Positions 9,512-17,473 of a stretch of 64,000 bases of DNA are shown here, piece after piece. Every line of letters begins with the position of its first letter. Position 1 is the first letter of the stretch. Where the stretch lies: NCBI GenBank assembly GCA_963598795.1, contig CAVBUY010000002.1:700-64699 (forward strand). The letters are read 5' to 3'. The DNA is from Alistipes shahii (GTDB taxonomy: Bacteria; Bacillota_I; Bacilli_A; RFN20; CAG-826). The notes below the pieces were generated by a model. That model searched no databases. It was not told the DNA's origin and worked only from the letters and a program-made list of their open reading frames with translations. The position numbers and the translations under genes were made by a program.

Positions 9512-9591
9512 GATTTACTACACATTTTATCGATATTTTTAGTAAGTAAAATTGATTTACTACACATTTTAATGTATATTTTAGTAAGTAA
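9512..9591. repeat. two tandem 38-bp copies (period 42 bp) with inverted TTACT / AGTAA ends; operator-like, upstream of fic
   Basis: 9512-9549 GATTTACTACACATTTTATCGATATTTTTAGTAAGTAA; 9554-9591 GATTTACTACACATTTTAATGTATATTTTAGTAAGTAA. The first 18 nt are identical, as are the last 13 nt; the 7 central positions all differ. Confidence 0.8.
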
Positions 9592-9604
9592 TGGGGTGCT
9601 AATA

Positions 9605-10645
9605 GTGAGAAAATTTGATTATTCTTTCTTAAAAATATCGATTTCCGGAAGGCTTGTGAACTTGGTTGGGATCATCTATGACATCAAAGGGAAGGAATCC
9701 GTCAGGCTTAAAGACAATCCCGAGCTATTTAAAGGTTTGAAAAACAAAGCAATCAGAGATTCCATCAAAGGCAGCAATGAAATAGAAAATATCCGCACAA
9801 CCAAAAAGAGAATCGATGAAATCGCAAATGGCGACAATAAGCCAATCAACCACCAAGAAGAAGAAATCGTCGGTTATCGAAATGTTTTAAATGACATCCA
9901 TAATCATAATTCCATTATCCATTTTGATAAAACAACCATCCTTTCCCTTCATAAATCTATGTTGGAAGTGTCCAAGGCCGAAAACCGAGGGCAATTCAAA
10001 AAAGAACCAAACATCATCACCGAAAGAGTTGACGGCAAAATGGTTCCAATTTTTGTTCCCGTCACGCCAGAAGAAACCGAGGAAGCTATCGATCAATTGA
10101 TATTGGCTTATCAAGAAGCCATATGCGACCCTAAGATAAATCCGTTGTTGCTAATCCCATGTGTCATCCTTGATTTCTTATGCATCCACCCATTTGATGA
10201 CGGAAACGGGCGAATATCAAGATTATTGACCCTATTGTTGCTTTATAAATCCGGCTTTGATATCGGAAGGTTCATATCCATCGAAAATGCTATAAATAAT
10301 AACAAAGACGAATATTACAGGGCTTTGATGGAATGTTCGAAAGGTTGGTCAGACAATGAAAATACTTATGAACCATTTATCCTTTATATGATTCGAATCA
10401 TCTATAAGTGTTATTCATTGTTAGATGAAAGCGTAATCTCATCAGCGGACAAAAAATTGACCAAATCCCAAAGGATTGAATATCTTTTAATGAACGCCTT
10501 AGTGCCTATATCCAAAAGAGACATCCTCGATAAATTGCCAGACATAAGCCAAAGAACCGTTGAAGCGGTTATCGGAAATTTGCTTGAGGAAGGCAAAATC
10601 ATCAAAATTGGTTCCTATAAGGATGCCACATATTATAGAAAGTGA
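9605..10645 (+). CDS. Fic family protein (AMPylase-type) with C-terminal winged-helix-like domain
   Basis: ORF 9497..10645. Fic motif HPFDDGNGRISR. Inhibitory-helix-like SNEIEN (S/TxxxE[G/N]) near the N-terminus. Start uncertain (ATG 9572 or GTG 9605) because the 5' part of the ORF is the AT-rich repeat region. Confidence 0.85.
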   Translation: MRKFDYSFLKISISGRLVNLVGIIYDIKGKESVRLKDNPELFKGLKNKAIRDSIKGSNEIENIRTTKKRIDEIANGDNKPINHQEEEIVGYRNVLNDIHNHNSIIHFDKTTILSLHKSMLEVSKAENRGQFKKEPNIITERVDGKMVPIFVPVTPEETEEAIDQLILAYQEAICDPKINPLLLIPCVILDFLCIHPFDDGNGRISRLLTLLLLYKSGFDIGRFISIENAINNNKDEYYRALMECSKGWSDNENTYEPFILYMIRIIYKCYSLLDESVISSADKKLTKSQRIEYLLMNALVPISKRDILDKLPDISQRTVEAVIGNLLEEGKIIKIGSYKDATYYRK

Positions 10646-10659
10646 GGGAAAGATTGATT

Positions 10660-10983
10660 ATGAACAAAAACGAAGAAGTTATGTTTGCTTTGACTAAGTT
10701 TCGCGACGAAAGGGATTGGAAGCAATTCCATACTGGCAAGAATTTGGCGGAATCAATATCCATTGAGGCCGCGGAACTGCTTGAAGCCTTCCAATGGAAG
10801 AACGAGGCCGACATAGAAAACATAAAGGAAGAATTGGCGGACGTATTGAATTATTGCTACCTTATGGCGGACCATTACGGTTTGGACCCCGATGAAATAT
10901 GCTTGGCTAAAATAAAAAGGAACGAAGAAAAATACCCAATAGAAAAAGCCAAAGGGACGGCGAAGAAATATAACGAACTATAA
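10660..10983 (+). CDS. MazG-like nucleotide pyrophosphohydrolase (small all-alpha NTP-PPase)
   Basis: FRDERDWKQFHTGKNLAESISIEAAELLEAFQW and EELADVLNY (EExxE / ExxD metal motifs). GAGGGA RBS overlaps the fic stop; ATG lies 14 nt after fic. Confidence 0.8.
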   Translation: MNKNEEVMFALTKFRDERDWKQFHTGKNLAESISIEAAELLEAFQWKNEADIENIKEELADVLNYCYLMADHYGLDPDEICLAKIKRNEEKYPIEKAKGTAKKYNEL

Positions 10984-11040
10984 ATAGATACGCACGTATA
11001 AGAAAAGAGCCGCCTAAGCGACTCTTCATTTGTTCGTCTT

Positions 11041-11442
11041 TTATTCGGCTTTTGGGGCTTCTTCGACGGGTTTGGATTCAGCGTCCACCATATTTTCCTC
11101 AGCAACGGAATCGTTGATGATCTTAAGCCTTTGGGCGCGACGAGCCTCACGCTCGCTGGTGACATCGCGTTTTTTGGCAAAGACGTGCAAGCTTATGGCG
11201 GCGATCAAGGCTCCGGCCAAAATCAAGATGAAACCGATCCAGCGGAAGGTCAATAACCCATTGGAGCCCTGCAAGATCTTTTGCTGGGCCTGCAAGAGGT
11301 AATTGTCGCTATAGGCAACTTCCAAATAGTCGGCGATGAAACCGAGTATCATCAAGACCAAACCAGCCAGGCCGAACAAGGATTCGAAAACGATCCAGAA
11401 TATCTCCGGCTTGCTTAAGCTTTTCTTTTCCTTCATTTCCAT
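11041..11442 (-). CDS. hypothetical membrane protein (2 TM, charged C-terminal tail)
   Basis: 133 aa with two hydrophobic segments, then KKRDVTSEREARRAQRLK and an acidic tail. Lies 30 nt downstream of the 313-aa unknown on the same strand. Confidence 0.55.
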   Translation of the reverse strand: MEMKEKKSLSKPEIFWIVFESLFGLAGLVLMILGFIADYLEVAYSDNYLLQAQQKILQGSNGLLTFRWIGFILILAGALIAAISLHVFAKKRDVTSEREARRAQRLKIINDSVAEENMVDAESKPVEEAPKAE

Positions 11443-11472
11443 AAGCTAGTCCTTTCGAATTATATGTCGATA

Positions 11473-12414
11473 TTAGGCCTTGGGCATTCCCGTGCGAGGG
11501 TCGATTTCGGAAGGCTCTTCGTTGTTGGTTGCCTCTTCAGGTTTATGCTCGACCGGGGCGGAATTCACATCCGGCATTATCTTGTTGTTGCCGTTTTTGG
11601 CAATCTCCACCAATTCGTTGACCAATGGGAGATAGGTGGCTCTGAATTGAGGCTCCACCGCCTGGACATAGCTTCCGATTATTTGCTGGGTTTCGTTCAT
11701 GACCTGTCCGAAGTTCTTTCCTTCCGGAAGGTCTCTTCTTCCAGTCATATTCTCGACCAAGGAAACGACGGCGTCGGCGACTTTCATATAAGCAGCGTCC
11801 GTTATCTTGGAGTTGTTGTTTTTGACTTGCATCACCAAATTGAAGGTGGCGCCCAAATCGTTTCCGATGAAGCGGCTGGCCGGGGTTTCCTCGCCATTGG
11901 CTTCGCGACGGGCTTGGTTATAGTCGTTGAACAATTTGATCATCTCATTGCCCATGGTGAGATAGCAAACGGCGCGATAGAGCTTTTCTTCGTCCAAATC
12001 GGCTTTCTCTGCTTCAGCAACGTCAATGCCTTTGGATTTGGCGTCTTTGATGATGCCTTGGATCATGGCTTCGATGTTTTCGTGAATTGGGACAACGCCC
12101 TTAAAAATGGTTTGATGTTGGGCATGATCGACGCGGATGCCATCGGTTGCCACCTTGAGGATGGTGGAATCGTCGCCATAGACTTCGGCGTACCAATCGC
12201 GGATGGTTTTTTCCAATTTCTCTCCGTTTTCCCCGGAGTTGTTCAAAATGGAACGAAGCGGGGTGTTCTCGTCCAATTCAACCAAAATGGAGCGTTTTTT
12301 CTCGTTGTAGAGATTGACGTCATAGTTTTCCTTGATCAAAGCGTATTCAAGGGTGTCTCTGACCACGACCTTATAATGGAGCAAGGTGGTCAATACTTGG
12401 GTGATTTGATTCAT
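11473..12414 (-). CDS. hypothetical soluble protein, 313 aa, strongly codon-biased
   Basis: ORF 11473..12618; likely start MNQITQ (ATG complement of 12412-12414) behind a GAAGGAAA RBS. No motif I recognise. Contains no TTA, CTA or TCA codons, since the codon-aligned antisense frame is open across the whole gene. Confidence 0.7.
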   Translation of the reverse strand: MNQITQVLTTLLHYKVVVRDTLEYALIKENYDVNLYNEKKRSILVELDENTPLRSILNNSGENGEKLEKTIRDWYAEVYGDDSTILKVATDGIRVDHAQHQTIFKGVVPIHENIEAMIQGIIKDAKSKGIDVAEAEKADLDEEKLYRAVCYLTMGNEMIKLFNDYNQARREANGEETPASRFIGNDLGATFNLVMQVKNNNSKITDAAYMKVADAVVSLVENMTGRRDLPEGKNFGQVMNETQQIIGSYVQAVEPQFRATYLPLVNELVEIAKNGNNKIMPDVNSAPVEHKPEEATNNEEPSEIDPRTGMPKA

Positions 12415-12768
12415 GCATTTCCTTCTTTCTTGATTTAGAGTTTCTCCTCTAACGGGCAGATTCTTCAAACCAATGAAGCGTCCTTTAGACGCAGGTATTC
12501 CAACAACGAAAAGAGATATCGGTTGTGGCAATGTAAATATTATCCGTAAAACGATGACTTTATCAAGATATAGTGCATCATCTTGATGTTTGGATGATTT
12601 GCAAGGGAAAGCGGGCAAAAATTCCTAGGCAAGTCTTTAAAGCCTCATTCATAACTATAACAAAGGTTTTTTGCAATATAGGGATGTTTGAAAAGATTAA
12701 TAATTGCAAAAATGAAATTATAGTTTCAAAATTAAAATAATATAATGGATTACGAGGAGGCTGATGCT

Positions 12769-13086
12769 ATGTCATTGTTTCAAGAAAGGGTAAAAGAGTT
12801 AATGATTAGAGAAAACGTAAATCAAAAAAAGCTTGCGGAAAAATCGGGGATTTCCGAAGCTTCACTATCCAGATATTTAAATGGATCGACACAACCGAGA
12901 ATAGATGTCCTCATCAACATAGCGAACGCTTTTGAAGTGGACGTCAATACGTTGACGGAACCCATCGCATCGCAGGTAGGCAGAAACACTGCGTTTGAAC
13001 AGACATACAGTCTTGTCACCAGAAACAAATCCAAACTCACAGAAGAGCAAAAAAGAAAAATCATCATGGCACTCATAGAAAAATGA
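12769..13086 (+). CDS. XRE-family helix-turn-helix transcriptional regulator
   Basis: NQKKLAEKSGISEASLSRYLNGSTQPRIDVLINIANAFEVDVNTL is a canonical HTH_3. The preferred start ATG 12769 is preceded by GAGGAGG; the ORF track start is 12745. Confidence 0.85.
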   Translation: MSLFQERVKELMIRENVNQKKLAEKSGISEASLSRYLNGSTQPRIDVLINIANAFEVDVNTLTEPIASQVGRNTAFEQTYSLVTRNKSKLTEEQKRKIIMALIEK

Positions 13087-13790
13087 TTATGACGAGCAGA
13101 TACGACGAATTAGACAAAACGGCTTTGCAAATTCTCATGGATTATTCCAATGCGCAATTTCCGCTTGATTTAATAAATCTTTGCGAACGGCTTAGGATAA
13201 AGCTTGTCCCCTATTCCTCACTTGGAAAATCAAAGCTTTCAGAGCTGAGGTTAACGGCCAACAATGGAGAATTGACAGACGGATTTTCCATCTTGCTTGG
13301 GAATACCGATTGTGATGGTTATTCCGCTTATACTTATTACAACGACGACAAGCCGATAGATCTTAGCGGAAGGGTATGCTTCACTATTTGCCACGAAATC
13401 AAGCATGTTGTATTTGGAGAAATTGATCCACGCAAAGTGGAAGAAACTGAAGCCGATCATTTCGCGAGGTTTCTCCTTGCGCCCACCCCTTTGCTAATAG
13501 TTGAAAAATATGACTCAATCTCAGACATCCATGCGGATTTCGGTCTTACAATGTCGGCAGCATACAATGCCTTGGATGCGAGAAACAATAGAATTAAAAA
13601 ACATGGAGAAACTCTGTTTGACTACGAGAACGATTTTATAGATTGGTTTTTGGAAAATAACAAAAAACGCCGTTCCGGAGAGAACGACGCAATTCAGAAC
13701 TATGACAGTTCCTTAAGCACTTATTGTTATAGCCCTGACACGATAGAAAATCAACAAAATACGGGAGGCTATGACAATGCCGATATATAG
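13083..13790 (+). CDS. ImmA/IrrE-family (COG2856) zinc metallopeptidase
   Basis: 235 aa. HEIKH (HExxH) followed by EADHFARFLLAP, the typical ImmA/IrrE signature. ATGA overlap with the XRE gene. Confidence 0.85.
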   Translation: MIMTSRYDELDKTALQILMDYSNAQFPLDLINLCERLRIKLVPYSSLGKSKLSELRLTANNGELTDGFSILLGNTDCDGYSAYTYYNDDKPIDLSGRVCFTICHEIKHVVFGEIDPRKVEETEADHFARFLLAPTPLLIVEKYDSISDIHADFGLTMSAAYNALDARNNRIKKHGETLFDYENDFIDWFLENNKKRRSGENDAIQNYDSSLSTYCYSPDTIENQQNTGGYDNADI

Positions 13791-14481
13791 TAATAATGAT
13801 TATGTAAAAATTATTAGGCCGATACCAAACGACTGGCCAAAAGACATAGAAGGAATACCCTTCATTAAAAAAAGCGAAATAGACATATCCGATATCAATA
13901 ATGGAAAATGGCTGATCAGCGTTTCGAATATAAACAAAGCGGCCAAGAACTTGGATCGCAAAATAGCGCATTGTTTTAAATTCGATAGCGAACTCAACAG
14001 GTTGTATCAAAACCCGTTCATGACTTTGAGAAAGATGGCAAAGTGCTACGCGGCGTCAACTCTCGATATTAGCATGCACGAGCAAATGCAACGCGCCCAA
14101 ATAATTGACGCTACCTTCAAAAACCGCTGGTCTGGAGTTTGGCTTCAAATGAATGGATTTGATAGAGTCATCGTGACTGTTGGCTGGGTGAAACCCGATA
14201 CTTATGACATATGTTTTTCGGGAATAGAAAATGGCACGGCGTTAATGATATCGACACTCGGCGCTTGCAACGAAGATTCTAAAGTTGACTTCGTCCAAGG
14301 CTATAAGGAAATGAGAAAACGTTTTCCAGATTCACAAGTTATATGCGTTGGCAAGCGACTAGAAGGGATGGACGAAAATATATGCTATGTTGACTATGAT
14401 CAGTCATTTGGAAATTTCGACTCCAAACAAGATTATTGGCAAGCGAAATTATTCAATTGGGATTTTTCGGAGGCAAAATAA
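13771..14481 (+). CDS. DUF4417-like protein (function unknown)
   Basis: 236 aa. The pattern CFKFDSELNRLYQNP ... STLDISMH ... QIIDATFKNRWSGVWLQMNGFDRVIVTVGW ... ALMISTLG matches my memory of DUF4417. Overlaps the ImmA stop by 20 nt. Confidence 0.5.
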   Translation: MTMPIYSNNDYVKIIRPIPNDWPKDIEGIPFIKKSEIDISDINNGKWLISVSNINKAAKNLDRKIAHCFKFDSELNRLYQNPFMTLRKMAKCYAASTLDISMHEQMQRAQIIDATFKNRWSGVWLQMNGFDRVIVTVGWVKPDTYDICFSGIENGTALMISTLGACNEDSKVDFVQGYKEMRKRFPDSQVICVGKRLEGMDENICYVDYDQSFGNFDSKQDYWQAKLFNWDFSEAK

Positions 14482-14482
14482 G

Positions 14483-14875
14483 ATGGCATCTAGAGGAAGC
14501 AAGGCCAAAAACGGCCACATCACCATGAATGAGTATTCAACTGAACGTGTAACCGAGAATGGCGTGAAAATATTGACGGGGAATGGAAATAACCACTCTC
14601 TTCCAGACTATTCACATACACCAAATTCCGTCTATGCTAAGCTCAATAAATACGGTCTTCTGCACGAAATGAGATTTTACGACGCTAAAGGAAATATCGT
14701 TTTGGAAATCGCATATCATAGCGAGCCTAGTCTGAACAACGGCAATAAAGAGCCTGTCGCTCATTATCACGTTTATGATGGTCTAATGCGGTCAAAAGCC
14801 GAAAAAATCACAATGGAAATCAAAGATAAATACGCCGAATACTTAAAGGAGTTTGATTTGTATGATAAATGCTAA
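14483..14875 (+). CDS. hypothetical small basic protein, His-rich core (toxin-like position)
   Basis: 130 aa from ATG 14483, with GGAGG 10 nt upstream, starting 1 nt after the DUF4417 stop. Core LPDYSHTPNSVYAKLNKYGLLHEMRFYDAKGNIVLEIAYHSEP...PVAHYHVYDG. No family assigned. Confidence 0.5.
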   Translation: MASRGSKAKNGHITMNEYSTERVTENGVKILTGNGNNHSLPDYSHTPNSVYAKLNKYGLLHEMRFYDAKGNIVLEIAYHSEPSLNNGNKEPVAHYHVYDGLMRSKAEKITMEIKDKYAEYLKEFDLYDKC

Positions 14876-15188
14876 TTTGGAACAATTTTTGGACACCGGT
14901 TGGTTCAACGAGGCGACGCTTTACCTGAACGGTTTTACTTATTGGTGCGAGGGATACTGGGATTTTAAAAAAGAAAAACCAATGCACTTTTTCGTCCGTA
15001 AATACCCATCCGAAGTCGTAGATGGAATATATACGAAGCCTTTGAAAAATGCCGTTGAAGAAGTCGTCTTTGATATTTGTGGACGTGATGAGAATGAAGT
15101 TAAAACAGAATTTCTCAAAGCAAAAATATTTGATGGCAAGTCTTTTTGGGAAATCGAGAACGTCATCGCTTGGTACGACGAAATATAA
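14862..15188 (+). CDS. hypothetical small acidic protein (immunity-like position)
   Basis: 108 aa from ATG 14862, with AAGGAG 10 nt upstream. Overlaps the preceding gene by 14 nt. Trp/Phe-rich: MINANLEQFLDTGWFNEATLYLNGFTYWCEGYW... Confidence 0.45.
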   Translation: MINANLEQFLDTGWFNEATLYLNGFTYWCEGYWDFKKEKPMHFFVRKYPSEVVDGIYTKPLKNAVEEVVFDICGRDENEVKTEFLKAKIFDGKSFWEIENVIAWYDEI

Positions 15189-15371
15189 ACGAAATAGTCA
15201 TAATCCAGGGAATGGCATTCATTAAAAATAATTTTGTTCGCAATCGGTCATTTAACAAACGCCAACAATAGACGTTACTAGAACTTTGATGAGGCTTACC
15301 CGATTTTAGTTTCAAAAGATTAGCCACAATTAAAACGGAAAAACACATCAAAAAAAGAAGAGCCAAATGCT

Positions 15372-16532
15372 TTATTTGCCGAACTTGGCTTTCAAGGCCT
15401 CAGCCTTGTCTAATCTTTCCCATGGTAGATCGAGCTCATCGTGCCCAAAGCTACCGTAAACGGAGACGGAACGATATTTGAAATTGGGTTTGGTCAAACC
15501 GAAGGCCAAGCTAATCGCGCCAGGCCTAGCATCGAAGATTTCCCTAATGGCTTCCAAAATGAGGTTTTCATCAACATGAGCTGTGCCGAAAGTGTCGATA
15601 GAAACCGATAACGGCTCGGCAATGCCGATGCCATAAGAAAGCTGAACTTCCAATTTGTCCGCGGCTCCGGCCGCTACCAAATTCTTGGCGATATAACGAG
15701 CGTAATAAGATGCGGATCTATCCACTTTGGAAGGGTCTTTCCCAGAAAGCGCCCCACCGCCGTTGCGGCAATATCCACCATAGGTGTCGACGATCAATTT
15801 CCTTCCAGTCAATCCGGTGTCCCCGTCCGGGCCACCCATTTCGAAACGGCCGGTAGGATTAATCAAAGTCTTGAAATCTTCGTTCAAAGAATAGGACCTA
15901 ACCACGGGTACCATTATCTCGTCGTGGATGTATTTCTTGAATTCGACCTCATTGAAATCGGGGTCATGCTGGCAAGACATCAATATGGTGTCTACCTTCG
16001 GATTCTTATCGGTATAATCGATGGTCACTTGGCCTTTCATGTCGGGACGCGAATGCTTGAATTCACCGCTTTTCCTTTTTTTGGCTGCCAATTTCATCAA
16101 GTCGTTGGCAATGGAAATGGCCAAAGGCATGTAATTGGAAGTCTCTTTCGAGGCGTATCCGAAAATGATGCCTTGGTCCCCGGCTCCCTGAGACAATATG
16201 TCGCCATGATCCACGCCTATGGCGATGTCGTTGGACTGTTTCTTGATTCTTATATCGATTTGGCAAGTGTCGGCCCCGATGCCGATTTCGGGTTTGATAT
16301 AGCCTATTTCTTTCAATACATTTCTGGCGATAGATTCATAATCCACTTTGGCGTTGGTGGTGATTTCCCCGGAAATGAGGATATATTCGCGGGTGGCGAA
16401 AACTTCGCACGCCACGCGGGAATGCTCATCTTGTTTTAGGCATTCGTCCAAGATAGCGTCAGCGATTTGGTCGCAGACTTTGTCGGGATGCCCTTCTGAC
16501 ACCGACTCGCTGGTGAATAAACGTTTTTCCAT
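15372..16532 (-). CDS. metK: S-adenosylmethionine synthase
   Basis: Start MEKRLFTSESVSEGHPDKVCDQIADAILD. GAGDQGIIFGYA, GGPDGDTGLTGRK, DTYGG, GGGALSGKDPSKVDRS. Confidence 0.95.
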   Translation of the reverse strand: MEKRLFTSESVSEGHPDKVCDQIADAILDECLKQDEHSRVACEVFATREYILISGEITTNAKVDYESIARNVLKEIGYIKPEIGIGADTCQIDIRIKKQSNDIAIGVDHGDILSQGAGDQGIIFGYASKETSNYMPLAISIANDLMKLAAKKRKSGEFKHSRPDMKGQVTIDYTDKNPKVDTILMSCQHDPDFNEVEFKKYIHDEIMVPVVRSYSLNEDFKTLINPTGRFEMGGPDGDTGLTGRKLIVDTYGGYCRNGGGALSGKDPSKVDRSASYYARYIAKNLVAAGAADKLEVQLSYGIGIAEPLSVSIDTFGTAHVDENLILEAIREIFDARPGAISLAFGLTKPNFKYRSVSVYGSFGHDELDLPWERLDKAEALKAKFGK

Positions 16533-16544
16533 AATTTGGAACCT

Positions 16545-16690
16545 CCTAGTAACAAAAAGCCTTCCCACCGGCGGGAGGCTCAGCTTATGAGATCCCTTCA
16601 AACGTCGTTCCGGATGTGGGGTCCGGCTAGAACAAGCACTTACTGCTATAGCAGAGTTGCTAGCGTTCTTTCTCAGTTCTCATGAACGCT
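16545..16690 (-). promoter_or_regulatory. SAM-riboswitch-like leader (SAM-I clan core) with intrinsic terminator, upstream of metK
   Basis: Minus-strand RNA: P1 UCAUGAGA...UCUCAUAA encloses AGCAAC, hairpin CUGCUAUAGCAG, GUGCUUGUUCUAGC and hairpin CCGGACCCCACAUCCGG. It is followed by CCUCCCGCCGGUGGGAAGG + CUUUUUGUU. The P2 region looks shorter than classical SAM-I. Confidence 0.45.
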
Positions 16691-16721
16691 TCTTGACGTC
16701 TGACTTTTGTCGAAAGGGATT

Positions 16722-17414
16722 TTAACCCTTGTTATTGTCTTCGTTCAAGTGGGAACGTTTTATTTTTTCCATCGTCCCATTCTTTTTTAAGGTCCTTATT
16801 ACCGGGAGCAAGATCAAAGCCACGATGATGCTCGAAGCCAAAGAGATAGCCAAACGGATAATAGTTTCCACGAACACTATTTCTATAGCGTATCCGATAA
16901 CCAATGAATCCAAATACATGGCCAAGGTGTTTGCTAAGGTCAAAACTAAGGCAGATACGATCATTCCGACAAAATAAAGAACGGGCCTATCATATAAAGC
17001 CTTCCCGTGCCTGCGGGATATATAATCAAATAAGAACAAAACCAAGACTCTCAATAAGTGAGGAATCATCCAAAAAACAGTCGTCGGACCCAAACCATAT
17101 CCGGAAGTGAGCTGTTCTAAAAAAGAACCGAGCAAGGCCACAATCAACCCATCTGGCAAACCGGAAGCCAAAGTCGCAAAACATAACGGCAAGGCCGCAA
17201 AAGATATTTGAACGTTTCCCAATCTGATTTTTAAGAAGGTCAAGCCGATATATAAAGCCGTCATCATGCCATCCAAGCAAATACGGAGGACAGTCAAATG
17301 AGGCCTAGCCTTCTTAGGAGGCCTTTGCCTCCCAAAAGACTTAGGGGATTTCTCCCCTTTTTCTTTATTAGGAAGCACTTCGGTATCCGTTTTCACTTCG
17401 ATTTCCGTGCTCAT
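16722..17414 (-). CDS. ECF-transporter S (substrate-capture) component-like membrane protein, substrate unknown
   Basis: ORF 16722..17468; likely start MSTEIEV (17414). Basic N-terminal tail, then about 6 TM with the general look of ECF S components. Confidence 0.5.
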   Translation of the reverse strand: MSTEIEVKTDTEVLPNKEKGEKSPKSFGRQRPPKKARPHLTVLRICLDGMMTALYIGLTFLKIRLGNVQISFAALPLCFATLASGLPDGLIVALLGSFLEQLTSGYGLGPTTVFWMIPHLLRVLVLFLFDYISRRHGKALYDRPVLYFVGMIVSALVLTLANTLAMYLDSLVIGYAIEIVFVETIIRLAISLASSIIVALILLPVIRTLKKNGTMEKIKRSHLNEDNNKG

Positions 17415-17473
17415 TGTCGGTTTGAGTATACCCAATTGGAAAAATAAGCAAAGAAAAAAGGGAGTCAAGCTCC

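Noticed and set aside
11464-12438. 324-aa plus-strand ORF, fully open and as long as a real gene
   Set aside because: It is the codon-aligned antisense frame of the 313-aa minus-strand gene, which has an RBS and a plausible composition. The plus product is Gly/Val/Phe-rich and low in Lys/Glu, unlike the other proteins here. Its openness is a by-product of the absence of TTA, CTA and TCA codons in the real gene.
15924-16439. 171-aa ORF antisense to metK; similar antisense ORFs over rny (50861-51562, 51351-52016), recA (52646-53047) and fhs
   Set aside because: They overlap unmistakable housekeeping genes and reflect codon-bias artefacts of highly expressed genes.
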